From: a virus
Taxonomy: Duplodnaviria > Caudoviricetes
Length of the DNA: 64,000 nucleotides
Strand: one strand, 5' to 3'
IMG/VR virus record: IMGVR_UViG_2881418779_000002
Span: 2,227-66,226 of that record
Position numbers and translations under genes: made by a program. The notes beneath the pieces are model-generated. The model saw only the letters and a list, made by a program, of their open reading frames with translations, was not told the origin of the DNA and searched no databases. How positions within the stretch are numbered: position 1 is the first letter of the stretch; the number at the start of each line of letters is the position of its first letter. Below are positions 35,965 through 45,465 of the stretch, piece after piece.

Positions 35965-36654
35965 ATGGATATTCAAGAAATTCGGCGAGTTAGACTGGCC
36001 CAACTTATAGATGCCGAGTACGGCGGGTCGCAAGCGGCCTTCGTCGAGGCAACTGGCGAAAACCAAGGAGAGGTCTCCGGACTTTTGAAGACGAAGTCAT
36101 TCGGAGAGAAGAAGGCTCGGAAACTTGAATTAAAGTGCGAACTCCCCATCGGGTGGCTAGACTCGTTTGAGTCGATCGAGACTAGTTTCAGACCACTAGA
36201 AAGCCTGGGTTCAGATGATATCGAAATCCCGCAATTCGCCACTGGCGGGGCAATGGGTCACGGGCTAGCCCTAACAGAACAGCCGGGAGTCATCAAAAGC
36301 TGGCGTGTGGACCATGAATGGCTGCGCCTAAATGTCAAACGGCATACCGGTGCGAAAAATCTCTGCATCGTGACCGGTTTCGGCCCATCAATGAGGCCCC
36401 TATTTAATCCCGGAGATCCTTTGCTCGTGGATCGTGGCGTTACATCATTTGATGATGAGGACGCCGTCTATTTTTTTAGAGTAGGGGATCACGGCTTTAT
36501 TAAGACTGTTCAGCGTATCCCGAGGGCTGAAGGGGGCATAATTTACCGCGCAAAATCAAAAAATCCAGACTTCGACTCGTTTGATATAACCGCCGGAATG
36601 GACTTCGAGGTGTTTGGCAAAGTTTTGACGGTATGGAAGAGTGAGCAACTTTGA
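35965..36654 (+). CDS. cI: CI-like repressor (HTH + S24 domain)
   Basis: IRRVRLAQLI HTH; GPSMRP..NPGD.LLVD and FIKTVQ S24 motifs. Confidence 0.92.
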   Translation: MDIQEIRRVRLAQLIDAEYGGSQAAFVEATGENQGEVSGLLKTKSFGEKKARKLELKCELPIGWLDSFESIETSFRPLESLGSDDIEIPQFATGGAMGHGLALTEQPGVIKSWRVDHEWLRLNVKRHTGAKNLCIVTGFGPSMRPLFNPGDPLLVDRGVTSFDDEDAVYFFRVGDHGFIKTVQRIPRAEGGIIYRAKSKNPDFDSFDITAGMDFEVFGKVLTVWKSEQL

Positions 36655-36701
36655 TAAAGACATAACAGCACGCCACAATTCTGAAAAAAGAGGGGATTTT
36701 T

Positions 36702-37622
36702 ATGTCTTGGATCAATGAGGATGCTCGTGCATTGATGAAAATCACCAATCTCCATGAGGTGGATTTTCTTGCTCTCGATGTAGAAACGGCCAACGCTAGC
36801 CTTGCTAGTATTTGCCAAATCGGCATTGCCATATTTAGAAATGGTGAGCTAACGGAGTCGTGGTCCACCCTGGTGAATCCAGGGGATTATTTTGACGAGA
36901 TGAACATTTCCATCCATGGCATCACGGATAATGATGTTAAAAAATCACCGTTGTGGAATGATATTTATCAATACATTCAACCCCTTCTAACCGGAAAAAT
37001 CGTTGTAAGTCACACTGCATTTGATCGCGGTGCCATTGGACAAGCATGCAGAAAATATGAATTACCCATCGTCGCCTGCACCTGGCTCGATACCGCCAGG
37101 ATTGTACGCCGGGCATGGCCAGACCTAGCTCACAGCGGCTACGGGCTCAAAAATGTTGCCAAACATCTGAGTATTAAATTCAACCACCACGATGCCCGTG
37201 AGGATGCTCAGACCGCCGGAAGAATACTTAATCACGCCATCCACGCAACAGGAATGACGGTCGCTGATTGGTTGGTGCGCGTTGCAAAACCTCTTGACCT
37301 TACTATCCCCACAATTCGCCGCGAAGGCGATCTAGATGGAATTCTGCATGGGGAGTTGGTCGTATTTACCGGCGCGCTAACCATTTCTCGCAGAGAAGCA
37401 GCGGATCTTGCTGCTCGGCTTGGCTGTGATGTAGGCATTGGGGTTACTAAACACACCACGATTTTGATTTGCGGAGATCAAGACATTCGTGCTCTGAATG
37501 GGCATGAAAAAAGCAGCAAACATCTAAAGGCTGAGCTGCTGATCGAGAAAGGTCAGAATATTCGCATACTTAGTGAAAATGACTTCATTAGCCTAGCAAG
37601 AGCATACGACCTGCAACAATAA
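36702..37622 (+). CDS. DEDDh 3'-5' exonuclease fused to a BRCT domain
   Basis: ALDVETAN, VSHTAFD, HHDAREDA; C-terminal VVFTGAL.ISR.EA...V.KHTTILICG BRCT. Confidence 0.9.
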   Translation: MSWINEDARALMKITNLHEVDFLALDVETANASLASICQIGIAIFRNGELTESWSTLVNPGDYFDEMNISIHGITDNDVKKSPLWNDIYQYIQPLLTGKIVVSHTAFDRGAIGQACRKYELPIVACTWLDTARIVRRAWPDLAHSGYGLKNVAKHLSIKFNHHDAREDAQTAGRILNHAIHATGMTVADWLVRVAKPLDLTIPTIRREGDLDGILHGELVVFTGALTISRREAADLAARLGCDVGIGVTKHTTILICGDQDIRALNGHEKSSKHLKAELLIEKGQNIRILSENDFISLARAYDLQQ

Positions 37623-37726
37623 GATTGTCCCCTGAAAAAAAGGGGGAGGTGAGGCGCGATCGTATTGGGGGCTCAAATTTGAATTTAGGCGCAACGGCAC
37701 ACTAATTTTCCGATCAGAAAGATTTC

Positions 37727-38374
37727 ATGAATAGATTAATCGTTCTACTCTGTTTTATTCTCAACGCCTGTGCAAGTACTACGCAATTCCAAAGTTATCC
37801 TGATCTTGATCCAAGCACCCCAACGGCAACAATTCACGTCGTTCGCTCAAACAGTGCATTTGGTGCCGCGATCACTGCTCCAGTTTATGTTGATCGATAC
37901 CTTATTGGTCGTATTGGTCCAGGTGGATATCTCAAAACGCTCGTTCCGATCGGGCGCATTCACGTCACATCAACCACAGGAGACTCGATAATTCAGACTG
38001 AAAAAAATTCCGAATATTTCTTTGAGGTTTCTATGCCAGGTCAAGTCTGGCTCTATGCACCCGATTTCAATATCTTTCCAATTAATAAGAATCGAGCTCA
38101 AGAAATCCTCTCATATGATCCATCGACAGCACAAGCCCCTGTCGCCTATGTCGAACGCCAGTCGGTTGCACCGGCCAGCAACACCCCAAGCAAACCCTAC
38201 GGGGAGATGTCAGCATCGGTGGAGCGGCTAGCGCGCCAGTCGGGTTGCGATCCCACAGAGAGCGCGACACTTATCGGCAAGACGACCGGCATCGAAACCT
38301 ACCAGGCAAGCTGCAAGAACGGCCAGCAGGTACTTTTTAAATGCGAGATGCGCCAGTGTCGGATGATGAATTAA
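37727..38374 (+). CDS. Lipoprotein, DUF2846-like
   Basis: Lipobox LNAC; ATIHVVRS...VYVD..LIGRIGPGGY; Cys-rich C-terminal domain. Confidence 0.75.
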   Translation: MNRLIVLLCFILNACASTTQFQSYPDLDPSTPTATIHVVRSNSAFGAAITAPVYVDRYLIGRIGPGGYLKTLVPIGRIHVTSTTGDSIIQTEKNSEYFFEVSMPGQVWLYAPDFNIFPINKNRAQEILSYDPSTAQAPVAYVERQSVAPASNTPSKPYGEMSASVERLARQSGCDPTESATLIGKTTGIETYQASCKNGQQVLFKCEMRQCRMMN

Positions 38375-38765
38375 TTCGCGGCAACTTTGGTCACTTTACC
38401 TAGTAAACTCATCCTTATAGCCCGCTCTGCCCCGGCATACGCCCTGTTATGGTCAGTTACTGCATTTCTTTTTCTTGATGAAGATGCGGCTATGTTAGCG
38501 TTTTGTTAGATCAACCTTGAGATAGGGGCATGATTATTAGTGATATGAGAGAGTACGAAATCAGCATGCACAATAAGTCCTCAATCTCGATCACTCCAAA
38601 ACAAAATGAATCCGACGTGAGAAGATATTTCGGCTTGAGGTGTGAGAAAATTGTTAATGATCGATGAAAATTTGCTCCGATGAAAAACAACAAATATCAA
38701 AGAGATATATTTAAGTTGGCCCCTCAAAACTATGGGAGACTCCCCAATATACCTTTCGAGGTATA

Positions 38766-39230
38766 ATGCTTAAATTAGTCATTGAGAAGGCCGCAGTAAA
38801 AGACTTGACTGACATGGTCGGAAGTGGCGGCGATGAGAAGTCTTACGCACAAAAAATTGTGGTTACTCTTCAAGAAATAAAGGACTCTCAGTCGTTATTA
38901 CAAGACCTCACAACCGAAAAATTCAGCACCGATGATTACGACGTTGGAAAATATCTTGAATTCTGGAATGATGGCATTGATCTCTGGAAGATTAAGATTT
39001 ATGACTTTAATTCGTTAAGCAAAAAGTGGTGGACTGTGCCGTATCGGGTGTTATATGCATACGATATATCTTGCCAAACGTTCCGAGTATTGGGCATAGT
39101 GCCCCGGAAATTTAACTACGATCCAAATCATGAACTCACAAAGAGAATTCGTCGCGCCTACGATGACTTGGGGTTACCAAAACACAAGATTTTCCGCCCC
39201 TCGTCCTCTAGCGGCTACAAACCACACTAA
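38766..39230 (+). CDS. RelE/ParE-superfamily toxin-like protein
   Basis: L.IEKAAVKDL N-terminus, LWKIKI, YRVLYAYD...FRVLGIVPR. Confidence 0.65.
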   Translation: MLKLVIEKAAVKDLTDMVGSGGDEKSYAQKIVVTLQEIKDSQSLLQDLTTEKFSTDDYDVGKYLEFWNDGIDLWKIKIYDFNSLSKKWWTVPYRVLYAYDISCQTFRVLGIVPRKFNYDPNHELTKRIRRAYDDLGLPKHKIFRPSSSSGYKPH

Positions 39231-39585
39231 AGCAATAGTTATTGAAGAACCTCGTCTAAAAAAAGACGATGCCATGGAGATTGACGACTTGGTTGCGATG
39301 TTTGAGCAAGCTCCGGGCGGCAAAGAGGAGATGTCTTCTGCTAGACAATGGTTAAGTAGTAGCTTGGACGAGTGCGATCAAGGAACACTAAAATCACTTC
39401 GTCTTAAGGCGGGGCTTTCTCAGAGCATCCTTGCTCAAAAAATTGGCTTGCAACAACCTAATATTTGCGCGTTTGAAACAGGAAAAAGGAAGCCTGAGTA
39501 CAAAACGGCCCAAAAACTTGCACAGTCGCTTAATGTAACTGTGGATGGGATCTACAAAGCATTTGATAAAAACAAGGCACGATGA
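39130..39585 (+). CDS. XRE-HTH antitoxin-like protein (HigA-type); alternative start at 39274
   Basis: LKSLRLKAGLSQSILAQKIGLQQPNICAFETGKRKP. Confidence 0.8.
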   Translation: MNSQREFVAPTMTWGYQNTRFSAPRPLAATNHTKAIVIEEPRLKKDDAMEIDDLVAMFEQAPGGKEEMSSARQWLSSSLDECDQGTLKSLRLKAGLSQSILAQKIGLQQPNICAFETGKRKPEYKTAQKLAQSLNVTVDGIYKAFDKNKAR

Positions 39586-40043
39586 TGAAAAGTAAATCTA
39601 TCCGAGCAATTTATTGTGACGATATACGGTTAGAGATTGGCGGCAAGCAATCGTATATGGGTGTATACAATACTGATCTGCTTGCACATGCATTCCCGCT
39701 ACAGATGCCTAAATTTTGTGCTCAAGTAATGTTAACATTGCCTACTTTAGAGGCACCAAAAAACCTTCGAGTTTTACTCTTATATAACGATCAGACGCTA
39801 AGTGAAATCACGCTAGACGAGGCAACGCTGGGGAGTCAGTTAATACCAGAGCCGGATCCAGAAACTCTCCCTGAAGATCAGCGCTTAGGTATAAACTTTT
39901 CCTTTGTTTTTGCACCACTATTAATCGAAACCGCTTCCCGGATTAAACTTCGTGCCTACATCGACGGAGAGGAGATAAAAGGAAACACCTTAATCATCCG
40001 AAGCCCAACAAATGAAGAACGAATAGCGCTCAACATGCCATAG
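39582..40043 (+). CDS. DUF6941-like beta-sandwich protein
   Basis: YCDDIRLE.GGK.SYMGVY motif; ATGA-coupled to the HTH gene. Confidence 0.7.
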   Translation: MMKSKSIRAIYCDDIRLEIGGKQSYMGVYNTDLLAHAFPLQMPKFCAQVMLTLPTLEAPKNLRVLLLYNDQTLSEITLDEATLGSQLIPEPDPETLPEDQRLGINFSFVFAPLLIETASRIKLRAYIDGEEIKGNTLIIRSPTNEERIALNMP

Positions 40044-40055
40044 TACCTATATCAA

Positions 40056-40080
40056 CCCACCCTTCGCGGTGGGTTTTTTA
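40056..40080 (+). terminator. Terminator after the three-gene operon
   Basis: ACCCACC-CTTCGC-GGTGGGT followed by a T run. Confidence 0.8.
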
Positions 40081-40144
40081 ACGCCCTACCGCGCTATCAA
40101 CTCTGAGCAATCCCTTGTTCTCAATGAGGGTGGCCTTAGGGGGT

Positions 40145-40366
40145 TTAGCGCTGGAAGCCGCCGTTAGTATAGCCTCCGTTATTGCCGCCTCCGCCCTGCC
40201 CATCGCGTCCCTGCCCGCCTCGGTCTCCATGGTCGCCTCCACCTCTATCGTGGTCATGATGCCCAAACCCATCTCCTCCACCGTACAGATCATCGCCACG
40301 CGGAGGTCCAATTACGCACCCGCTGAGTGACACCGCCAACGCCAACAAAAGAGTGGGGTATTTCAT
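40145..40366 (-). CDS. Small Gly-rich lipoprotein
   Basis: MKYPTLLLALAVSLSGC lipobox followed by a Gly/Asp/His/Arg low-complexity tail. Confidence 0.75.
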   Translation of the reverse strand: MKYPTLLLALAVSLSGCVIGPPRGDDLYGGGDGFGHHDHDRGGGDHGDRGGQGRDGQGGGGNNGGYTNGGFQR

Positions 40367-40742
40367 GGCATTCCTTCGATTTGTCGAAAGAATTTCGACG
40401 CCAAAATCTGCTCATGGTTCAAATTAGCACCCCTTACTCTGTTGACGGCTGCCCTGCCAGGCTCTTGCGCTAGTCATTGAGATAGCCAAAGCTTGGCGCC
40501 GGTGTCGGCCCAGAAAACCAGAAGTCGGCAAAGAAAAATAAAAGGGCGTTCGTTTAAATGCCGCCCTTTCAATTCGGGAATCCGAATGCCCATTTTTAAC
40601 GTGCCATTTGGCACATCTTCACTCCGGCATTGACACGATAGCCTGACATAACTCAATAAGCAGTCGCCCGCCCTCCATTAACCAAGGTGGTCGGGGTATT
40701 TTTTCACCTGGGATTTGGCGGCGGGAGTTATTTTACATTTTT

Positions 40743-40785
40743 ATTACCATTTGGTATTGACATGTAAATTACCATTTAGTAATAT
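40743..40785 (+). promoter_or_regulatory. PL promoter with OL operators
   Basis: TTGACA (40757), 17-bp spacer, TAATAT (40780). Operators ATTACCATTTGGTATT (40743) and ATTACCATTTAGTAAT (40768) match the OR consensus. Confidence 0.88.
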
Positions 40786-40820
40786 GAGTCCAACGAATCA
40801 GCAAACCCACGGAGCAACAA

Positions 40821-41189
40821 ATGAGCAAGCAGCAATGGATCAAAGAAAACCTAAAGCCGGGCGAGGCCTATGCAGGGATCCTGCTTGGCGTAGACGGCGA
40901 GAAAGACCAGCACATCATTTTGCTGCCAGGCCAAGCAACTGGTGTCACTTGGATGGATGCCATTGCCTTCGCCGTAAGGGCTGGTGGTGAATTACCTACT
41001 CGACGTGAGCAATCGCTTCTCTTTGCGAATCTGAAACGTGAGTTTGAGCAGCGTTATTACTGGTCCAGTGAGCAGCACTCGGCCCTTTCAGATTTTGCGT
41101 GGGGCCAGAGTTTTTCCAATGGCGACCAGAGCATCGGCCACAAGGGCGATGTGTTCCGCGCCCGGGCCGTCCGCAGATTGCCAATTTAA
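40821..41189 (+). CDS. DUF1566-like (C-type lectin fold) protein
   Basis: ELPTRREQSLLFANLK..F...YYWSSEQ...AW.Q.F.NG.Q...K....RARAVRR. Confidence 0.85.
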   Translation: MSKQQWIKENLKPGEAYAGILLGVDGEKDQHIILLPGQATGVTWMDAIAFAVRAGGELPTRREQSLLFANLKREFEQRYYWSSEQHSALSDFAWGQSFSNGDQSIGHKGDVFRARAVRRLPI

Positions 41190-41240
41190 TCCTTTAGTAA
41201 TTTTATTGAATTTTATAGCACTGTCCACGTGGAGCGGGAA

Positions 41241-41657
41241 ATGAATAGTCGAGAAGCATATGAAGAGGCGCGCGCTGCCGGTCTACTTAGCGCGAATGTT
41301 GGCACCACCAAATGGGAAGATGCGATTTCTAAGTTGTGCAATTCCGTTTGGGATAAAGCTGTGCGGGCAGGGTGCTGCGGCTGCAAACCCATTTCGACTG
41401 ATTCGATCAGTGACGATCTGGCCCAAATCGCCACTTACCTGAGAACGCCAGATGGTGGTCCGTTGCCAGATTCGATCCGCTTAAATTGGCTTGAGGCGAA
41501 CCCTAGCGTCATGATTCGCCATTTGCCTACCTATACCCCCGCCCTGCGCTTTCAGATTGATGGCAACGAAGGGCAACTGCTTGGCGTTGGCGTTGATCTT
41601 CGCTCTGCTCTTGATGCAGCGATGCGCAATTCCGCTAGCGGAGTTTGCAATGCGTAA
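41241..41657 (+). CDS. Hypothetical protein
   Basis: GGAG RBS; coupled in the PL operon. Confidence 0.5.
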   Translation: MNSREAYEEARAAGLLSANVGTTKWEDAISKLCNSVWDKAVRAGCCGCKPISTDSISDDLAQIATYLRTPDGGPLPDSIRLNWLEANPSVMIRHLPTYTPALRFQIDGNEGQLLGVGVDLRSALDAAMRNSASGVCNA

Positions 41658-42081
41658 CGCCTCCCAACAATTGACCGAGTTGAAAAAACTGGTCGTGGTG
41701 TTGCGCGCCTGTACGCACATGTCGATTAAAACAGCGCCAGCCCACATTCAGGCGCATCCGCTCTTCCCTTTTAAGCATCCACGTGGAAGTTCTGAGAAAG
41801 CGGGATTTAGCCGTGTGCCGCTATGGGACGCCATTGATGCGCTGCTGGCCGCGCCTGTTGCGCTGGATGTGGACGTGCGCTCTGCACCGGCCACCCTCGG
41901 CAATAACGAAAGCAGCGAGTTGATCGCCGCCCGCCTGGATACTGCCCTCGCCTTTCTTTCAGGTAAAGGGGTTCAGCAAGCGCTTATGGACATGCTTGAT
42001 TCCGGCCGTGTTCCGCCTCGGGAGTGGTGGATTGCAAAGTTCGATCGCGATATTCAAAACAACATAGGGAGGCAAGGATGA
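41650..42081 (+). CDS. Hypothetical protein
   Basis: Coupled ORF in the PL operon. Confidence 0.45.
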   Translation: MRNASQQLTELKKLVVVLRACTHMSIKTAPAHIQAHPLFPFKHPRGSSEKAGFSRVPLWDAIDALLAAPVALDVDVRSAPATLGNNESSELIAARLDTALAFLSGKGVQQALMDMLDSGRVPPREWWIAKFDRDIQNNIGRQG

Positions 42082-42377
42082 AGTACGCCGTGACAGTGTC
42101 CGTTGATACCGATTCGCTTAGTGGTTTTACCGATTCATATATTGCGTCTTTGTGGCATGTAGGGCAGGCCAATCCAGCACCTCATGACGATCCCGATGCA
42201 GGTGCGTTTGCGGAGAAAATTGGGCGCGAGATTATCGCTAGATTTCTGCGCAATATGCCTGCAGAGCTTTATGCCCATCAAGGTCATCACCATTACTTTT
42301 CCAACTTGATCAAGCATGGAAAGATGGTTGATGGTGAGTGGGTGCCCAATGCGGCAGAACAAGCAGGTGCCGAATGA
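42078..42377 (+). CDS. Conserved hypothetical phage protein
   Basis: GGAGG RBS; LWHVGQANPAPHDD...AEKIGREIIARFL. Confidence 0.6.
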   Translation: MKYAVTVSVDTDSLSGFTDSYIASLWHVGQANPAPHDDPDAGAFAEKIGREIIARFLRNMPAELYAHQGHHHYFSNLIKHGKMVDGEWVPNAAEQAGAE

Positions 42378-42511
42378 GCTACCTCATCACAATCAAAACA
42401 CAACCTGATAGCGACGGCGAAACCTATACCGCGATCGGCAATCTTGACGCATTGATCGATGCTGCTTACGACGCTGGTGCACTGGGCGTAACCGTGATGG
42501 TGCAGCTATGA
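42374..42511 (+). CDS. 45-aa hypothetical protein (not in ORF track)
   Basis: MSYLITIKTQ...AIGNLDALIDAAYDAGALGVTVMVQL; ATGA overlaps. Confidence 0.55.
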   Translation: MSYLITIKTQPDSDGETYTAIGNLDALIDAAYDAGALGVTVMVQL

Positions 42512-42726
42512 ATACGCGCTTCGTAGTTGGGCTTATCAGCCTTGTCGCGGTGGCGTTACTTTTCTTTGCCTATGCCATGACCACGAATGCAAACCAGCTA
42601 CCCGATCTGACGCCTGCAGAGGTCGAAGCAGATAAGCACGCGCAGCTGGCACAGCTTTGCAAGTTGGAGTGGCCCGACGTCAAGGGCGGTATCGAGGCGC
42701 GTCGCATCGCCTGCAAGCACACCTAA
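42508..42726 (+). CDS. Small membrane-anchored protein
   Basis: N-terminal hydrophobic segment. Confidence 0.5.
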   Translation: MNTRFVVGLISLVAVALLFFAYAMTTNANQLPDLTPAEVEADKHAQLAQLCKLEWPDVKGGIEARRIACKHT

Positions 42727-42730
42727 TTTT

Positions 42731-42952
42731 ATGCCGCAGATCACCGTAACGATGACGGTCGGCGAAGAGTTATTCGAGTTTTCTAGTTTTGATAATTGGC
42801 TTCTCACCGTCCGCGACAAGTTCGTTGCGCATCGTGTGAATAGGGATCGTGTTGTCTGCGTTGATGCAAGCGGCCGTATTTGCGCCAACGCCCAAGATTT
42901 TTCTATTGCTGATTATCCGGTCAAGGTCTATCGCAAACCCATAGGAGCATAA
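42731..42952 (+). CDS. Hypothetical protein
   Basis: FSSFDNWL...VCVDASGRIC...F..ADYPVKVY conserved-looking motif. Confidence 0.55.
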   Translation: MPQITVTMTVGEELFEFSSFDNWLLTVRDKFVAHRVNRDRVVCVDASGRICANAQDFSIADYPVKVYRKPIGA

Positions 42953-42954
42953 GC

Positions 42955-43329
42955 ATGAGCGCATTTTGTGTATTCGGCGTCAGTCGCCTTGATTGCAAGA
43001 AAGCTGCAGAGAAGAAGGTGCGGACGGTTGATCCGGCCACCAAGAAACGGCTATCGCACGATGAATGGCGCGCCGAAGTTGAAGTTCTTTCGGTCTCCAT
43101 ATTCGAGGAAAAAAAGACTTTGCGCCAGATTTCACCAGCGTTTGACGCTCCGCAGTTTTGCTACGACTGGATTCGTATTGCGTCTGGGGGGGGGCAAATC
43201 AGGCTGCCCCGCCTGATGGTTCGCGGACCTAAAGTCGACAAAAAAGGCGTTCAGATAAAGCGCGACGGCAAGGTGCTTATCACCTGGTTGCCTTACCAAA
43301 AATCAGAACAAGCAGCGGTCGCTGCCTAA
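42955..43329 (+). CDS. Hypothetical protein
   Basis: GGAG RBS; QISPAFDAPQFC.DWI motif. Confidence 0.55.
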   Translation: MSAFCVFGVSRLDCKKAAEKKVRTVDPATKKRLSHDEWRAEVEVLSVSIFEEKKTLRQISPAFDAPQFCYDWIRIASGGGQIRLPRLMVRGPKVDKKGVQIKRDGKVLITWLPYQKSEQAAVAA

Positions 43330-43353
43330 ACATCACTTCACTGGAGTTGCATC

Positions 43354-44253
43354 ATGTGGTTTCACAATCTTCAAATTTATCGTATTCCCGCGCCTTGGGC
43401 GATCAGCGCTGAGCAGCTGGAAGCATTTTTGGCGAAGCGGGTTTTCGCACCGTGCAGCAGTCTGGAAATGCAAACCCAAGGTTGGACTTCACCGCGCGAT
43501 AGCGGACAGCTGGTGCATATCGTTGATCGCCAGATGCTTATCGCGTTGCGTACTGAAAAGAAATTGCTTCCGGCCTCGGTTATTAATCAGGTCACCAAAG
43601 ATCGCGCCGCCGAAATCGAATCTGAGCAAGGTTTTGCGCCGGGCCGCAAGCAACTAAAGGATTTGAAAGAGCAAGTCACCGACGAATTGCTGCCACGCGC
43701 CTTTAGTCAACTCCGGACGACGCACGTATGGATTGATCCGGTCAATGGCTGGCTGATCGTAGATGTGTCCAGTCCATCACGTGCAGAGGACGCTCTGAAG
43801 CTGCTGCTTGCATCGGTTGATAAGTTGGAAGCGTCAGGATTGCGCACGGTGCATTCGCCACTGACATCCATGACCGACTGGCTTGTGGCCGATGAAGCGC
43901 CGAGTGGCTTTACGGTCGATCAGGATACGGAATTGCGCGCCAATGGCGAAGGCAAGGCAACCGTTCGCTATATCCGCCACACCCTGGAAGTGGACGATAC
44001 TCGCCGCCACATCGCCGCAGGGAAGCAGTGCACCCGCTTGGCGATGACCTGGAATGATCGCATCTCGTTCGTGCTGACCGAGGGACTAGCGATCAAGCGC
44101 ATTGCTCCCCTCGATGTCATCAAAGAAGAAAGCGATCCGACCAATCGCAATGATAGCGAACGCTTTGATGGTGACTTCTTGCTGATGACCGGCGAGTTAA
44201 ACAAAATGCTAAACGATCTTGTATTTGCCTTAGGTGGGGAGCCAGCAGTATGA
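43354..44253 (+). CDS. rdgC: Recombination-associated protein RdgC
   Basis: [46 protein letters not shown] and FDGDF.LM motifs. Confidence 0.95.
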   Translation: MWFHNLQIYRIPAPWAISAEQLEAFLAKRVFAPCSSLEMQTQGWTSPRDSGQLVHIVDRQMLIALRTEKKLLPASVINQVTKDRAAEIESEQGFAPGRKQLKDLKEQVTDELLPRAFSQLRTTHVWIDPVNGWLIVDVSSPSRAEDALKLLLASVDKLEASGLRTVHSPLTSMTDWLVADEAPSGFTVDQDTELRANGEGKATVRYIRHTLEVDDTRRHIAAGKQCTRLAMTWNDRISFVLTEGLAIKRIAPLDVIKEESDPTNRNDSERFDGDFLLMTGELNKMLNDLVFALGGEPAV

Positions 44254-45422
44254 GCAATGGCGCCCCGCGATTCACCGAACACGACACGTCGCTGAATCTT
44301 TGGCTCGATGATCCCAAGGATCCAGCTGTCAAGGCAACCCGCGACCAGTTGGTCGACCACCTCAGTGCCCGTGGCTTTCACATTGAAAACGACCAGAGCG
44401 TCGACGCGCTCATCCGCGATGACTATCACACCGGTAACAAAGGCGCCCTTGAGTTCAATCTGAACCTCTGCGGCCGACACCTGGAAATTATTTTTTTCCA
44501 GAACGTAGTCCGCGAGAATCGGGCGGGTGGCGAGTATGACTTCGACAAGCGAGAGAAAATGCCATTCCTGATCGGCATGCAGTACGAGCTCGAGCGCGCA
44601 AAGATCGCAACGTTAATGGCTGGCCTTGGCTACGCACTCCAAGTCAAGGTCAAGCGCCAAGGCATGGCAGAGATCACCCATCGTCGTGACGAGCTGGCCG
44701 AGCAGCACCGCGGCATATACGACAAGCAGCCGGAGTCGCGCAACTCGACCACGGCGACCAAGGACACAGTCCGCGATGGAGATGCGATCTACTTCCGCAA
44801 TCATGATAAACGCTGGTTTTCGGGCACCGCGTATTACCACATCAACAATATGTGGTGGGTCTTGTTGCCCTGCGGGGAGGTGATGAACATCGCCAGTTTT
44901 GAATTGCGCCACACAGCACCGGAAGCAGGACTGAAAGGTCAGCACTTCAACGATGACGATCGGAAGAAAAAACAGATGGCCGCGATCCATCAAGCTGTAG
45001 CACGCAAAAATATGAGGAAGATCGAGGTATTGCGCGCCAGCCTGACGCCGGAAAACAGCTACTACGTCCTAAGTCTGAAGCACACCAACCGAACCGATGC
45101 CCACATCACCCTATGGGGCCAGAGCGGCTGCGGGTACCGATATAGCATCGCCGCAGCCGGCAAGTACAGCCGTGACGAAATTATGGCGCATCTGGGCCAC
45201 TACAACGGCGGAGACAACATCGCCGTCGACGCGGAGACAGTCGAGCGCCTGGTGACGATGTGCGACAAGACAGACCGCGATCTAGAGCGCCAGGCGCCAA
45301 CCCTGCGCAACACACCAAGCAACTGGCACAAGCTGATCGCCTCAGCTATCGCAACGCCTAAGCACGACGTCATCCCCGAAGTTTTCAGAACCAAGTCGGG
45401 AAAGAAAAGGAAGGCAGCATGA
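44250..45422 (+). CDS. Multidomain hypothetical protein
   Basis: 390 aa; GRHLEI.FFQNV..EN..GG.YDFDK and [13 protein letters not shown] motifs. Confidence 0.6.
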   Translation: MSNGAPRFTEHDTSLNLWLDDPKDPAVKATRDQLVDHLSARGFHIENDQSVDALIRDDYHTGNKGALEFNLNLCGRHLEIIFFQNVVRENRAGGEYDFDKREKMPFLIGMQYELERAKIATLMAGLGYALQVKVKRQGMAEITHRRDELAEQHRGIYDKQPESRNSTTATKDTVRDGDAIYFRNHDKRWFSGTAYYHINNMWWVLLPCGEVMNIASFELRHTAPEAGLKGQHFNDDDRKKKQMAAIHQAVARKNMRKIEVLRASLTPENSYYVLSLKHTNRTDAHITLWGQSGCGYRYSIAAAGKYSRDEIMAHLGHYNGGDNIAVDAETVERLVTMCDKTDRDLERQAPTLRNTPSNWHKLIASAIATPKHDVIPEVFRTKSGKKRKAA

Positions 45423-45465
45423 AGCCGGACCTCTATAGCCTCTGTCAAATTTAACGGTTTGACGC

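Noticed and set aside
40790-41240. Lambda-type N gene and nut site after PL
   Set aside because: No Arg-rich N-like ORF or clear boxA/boxB was recognisable.
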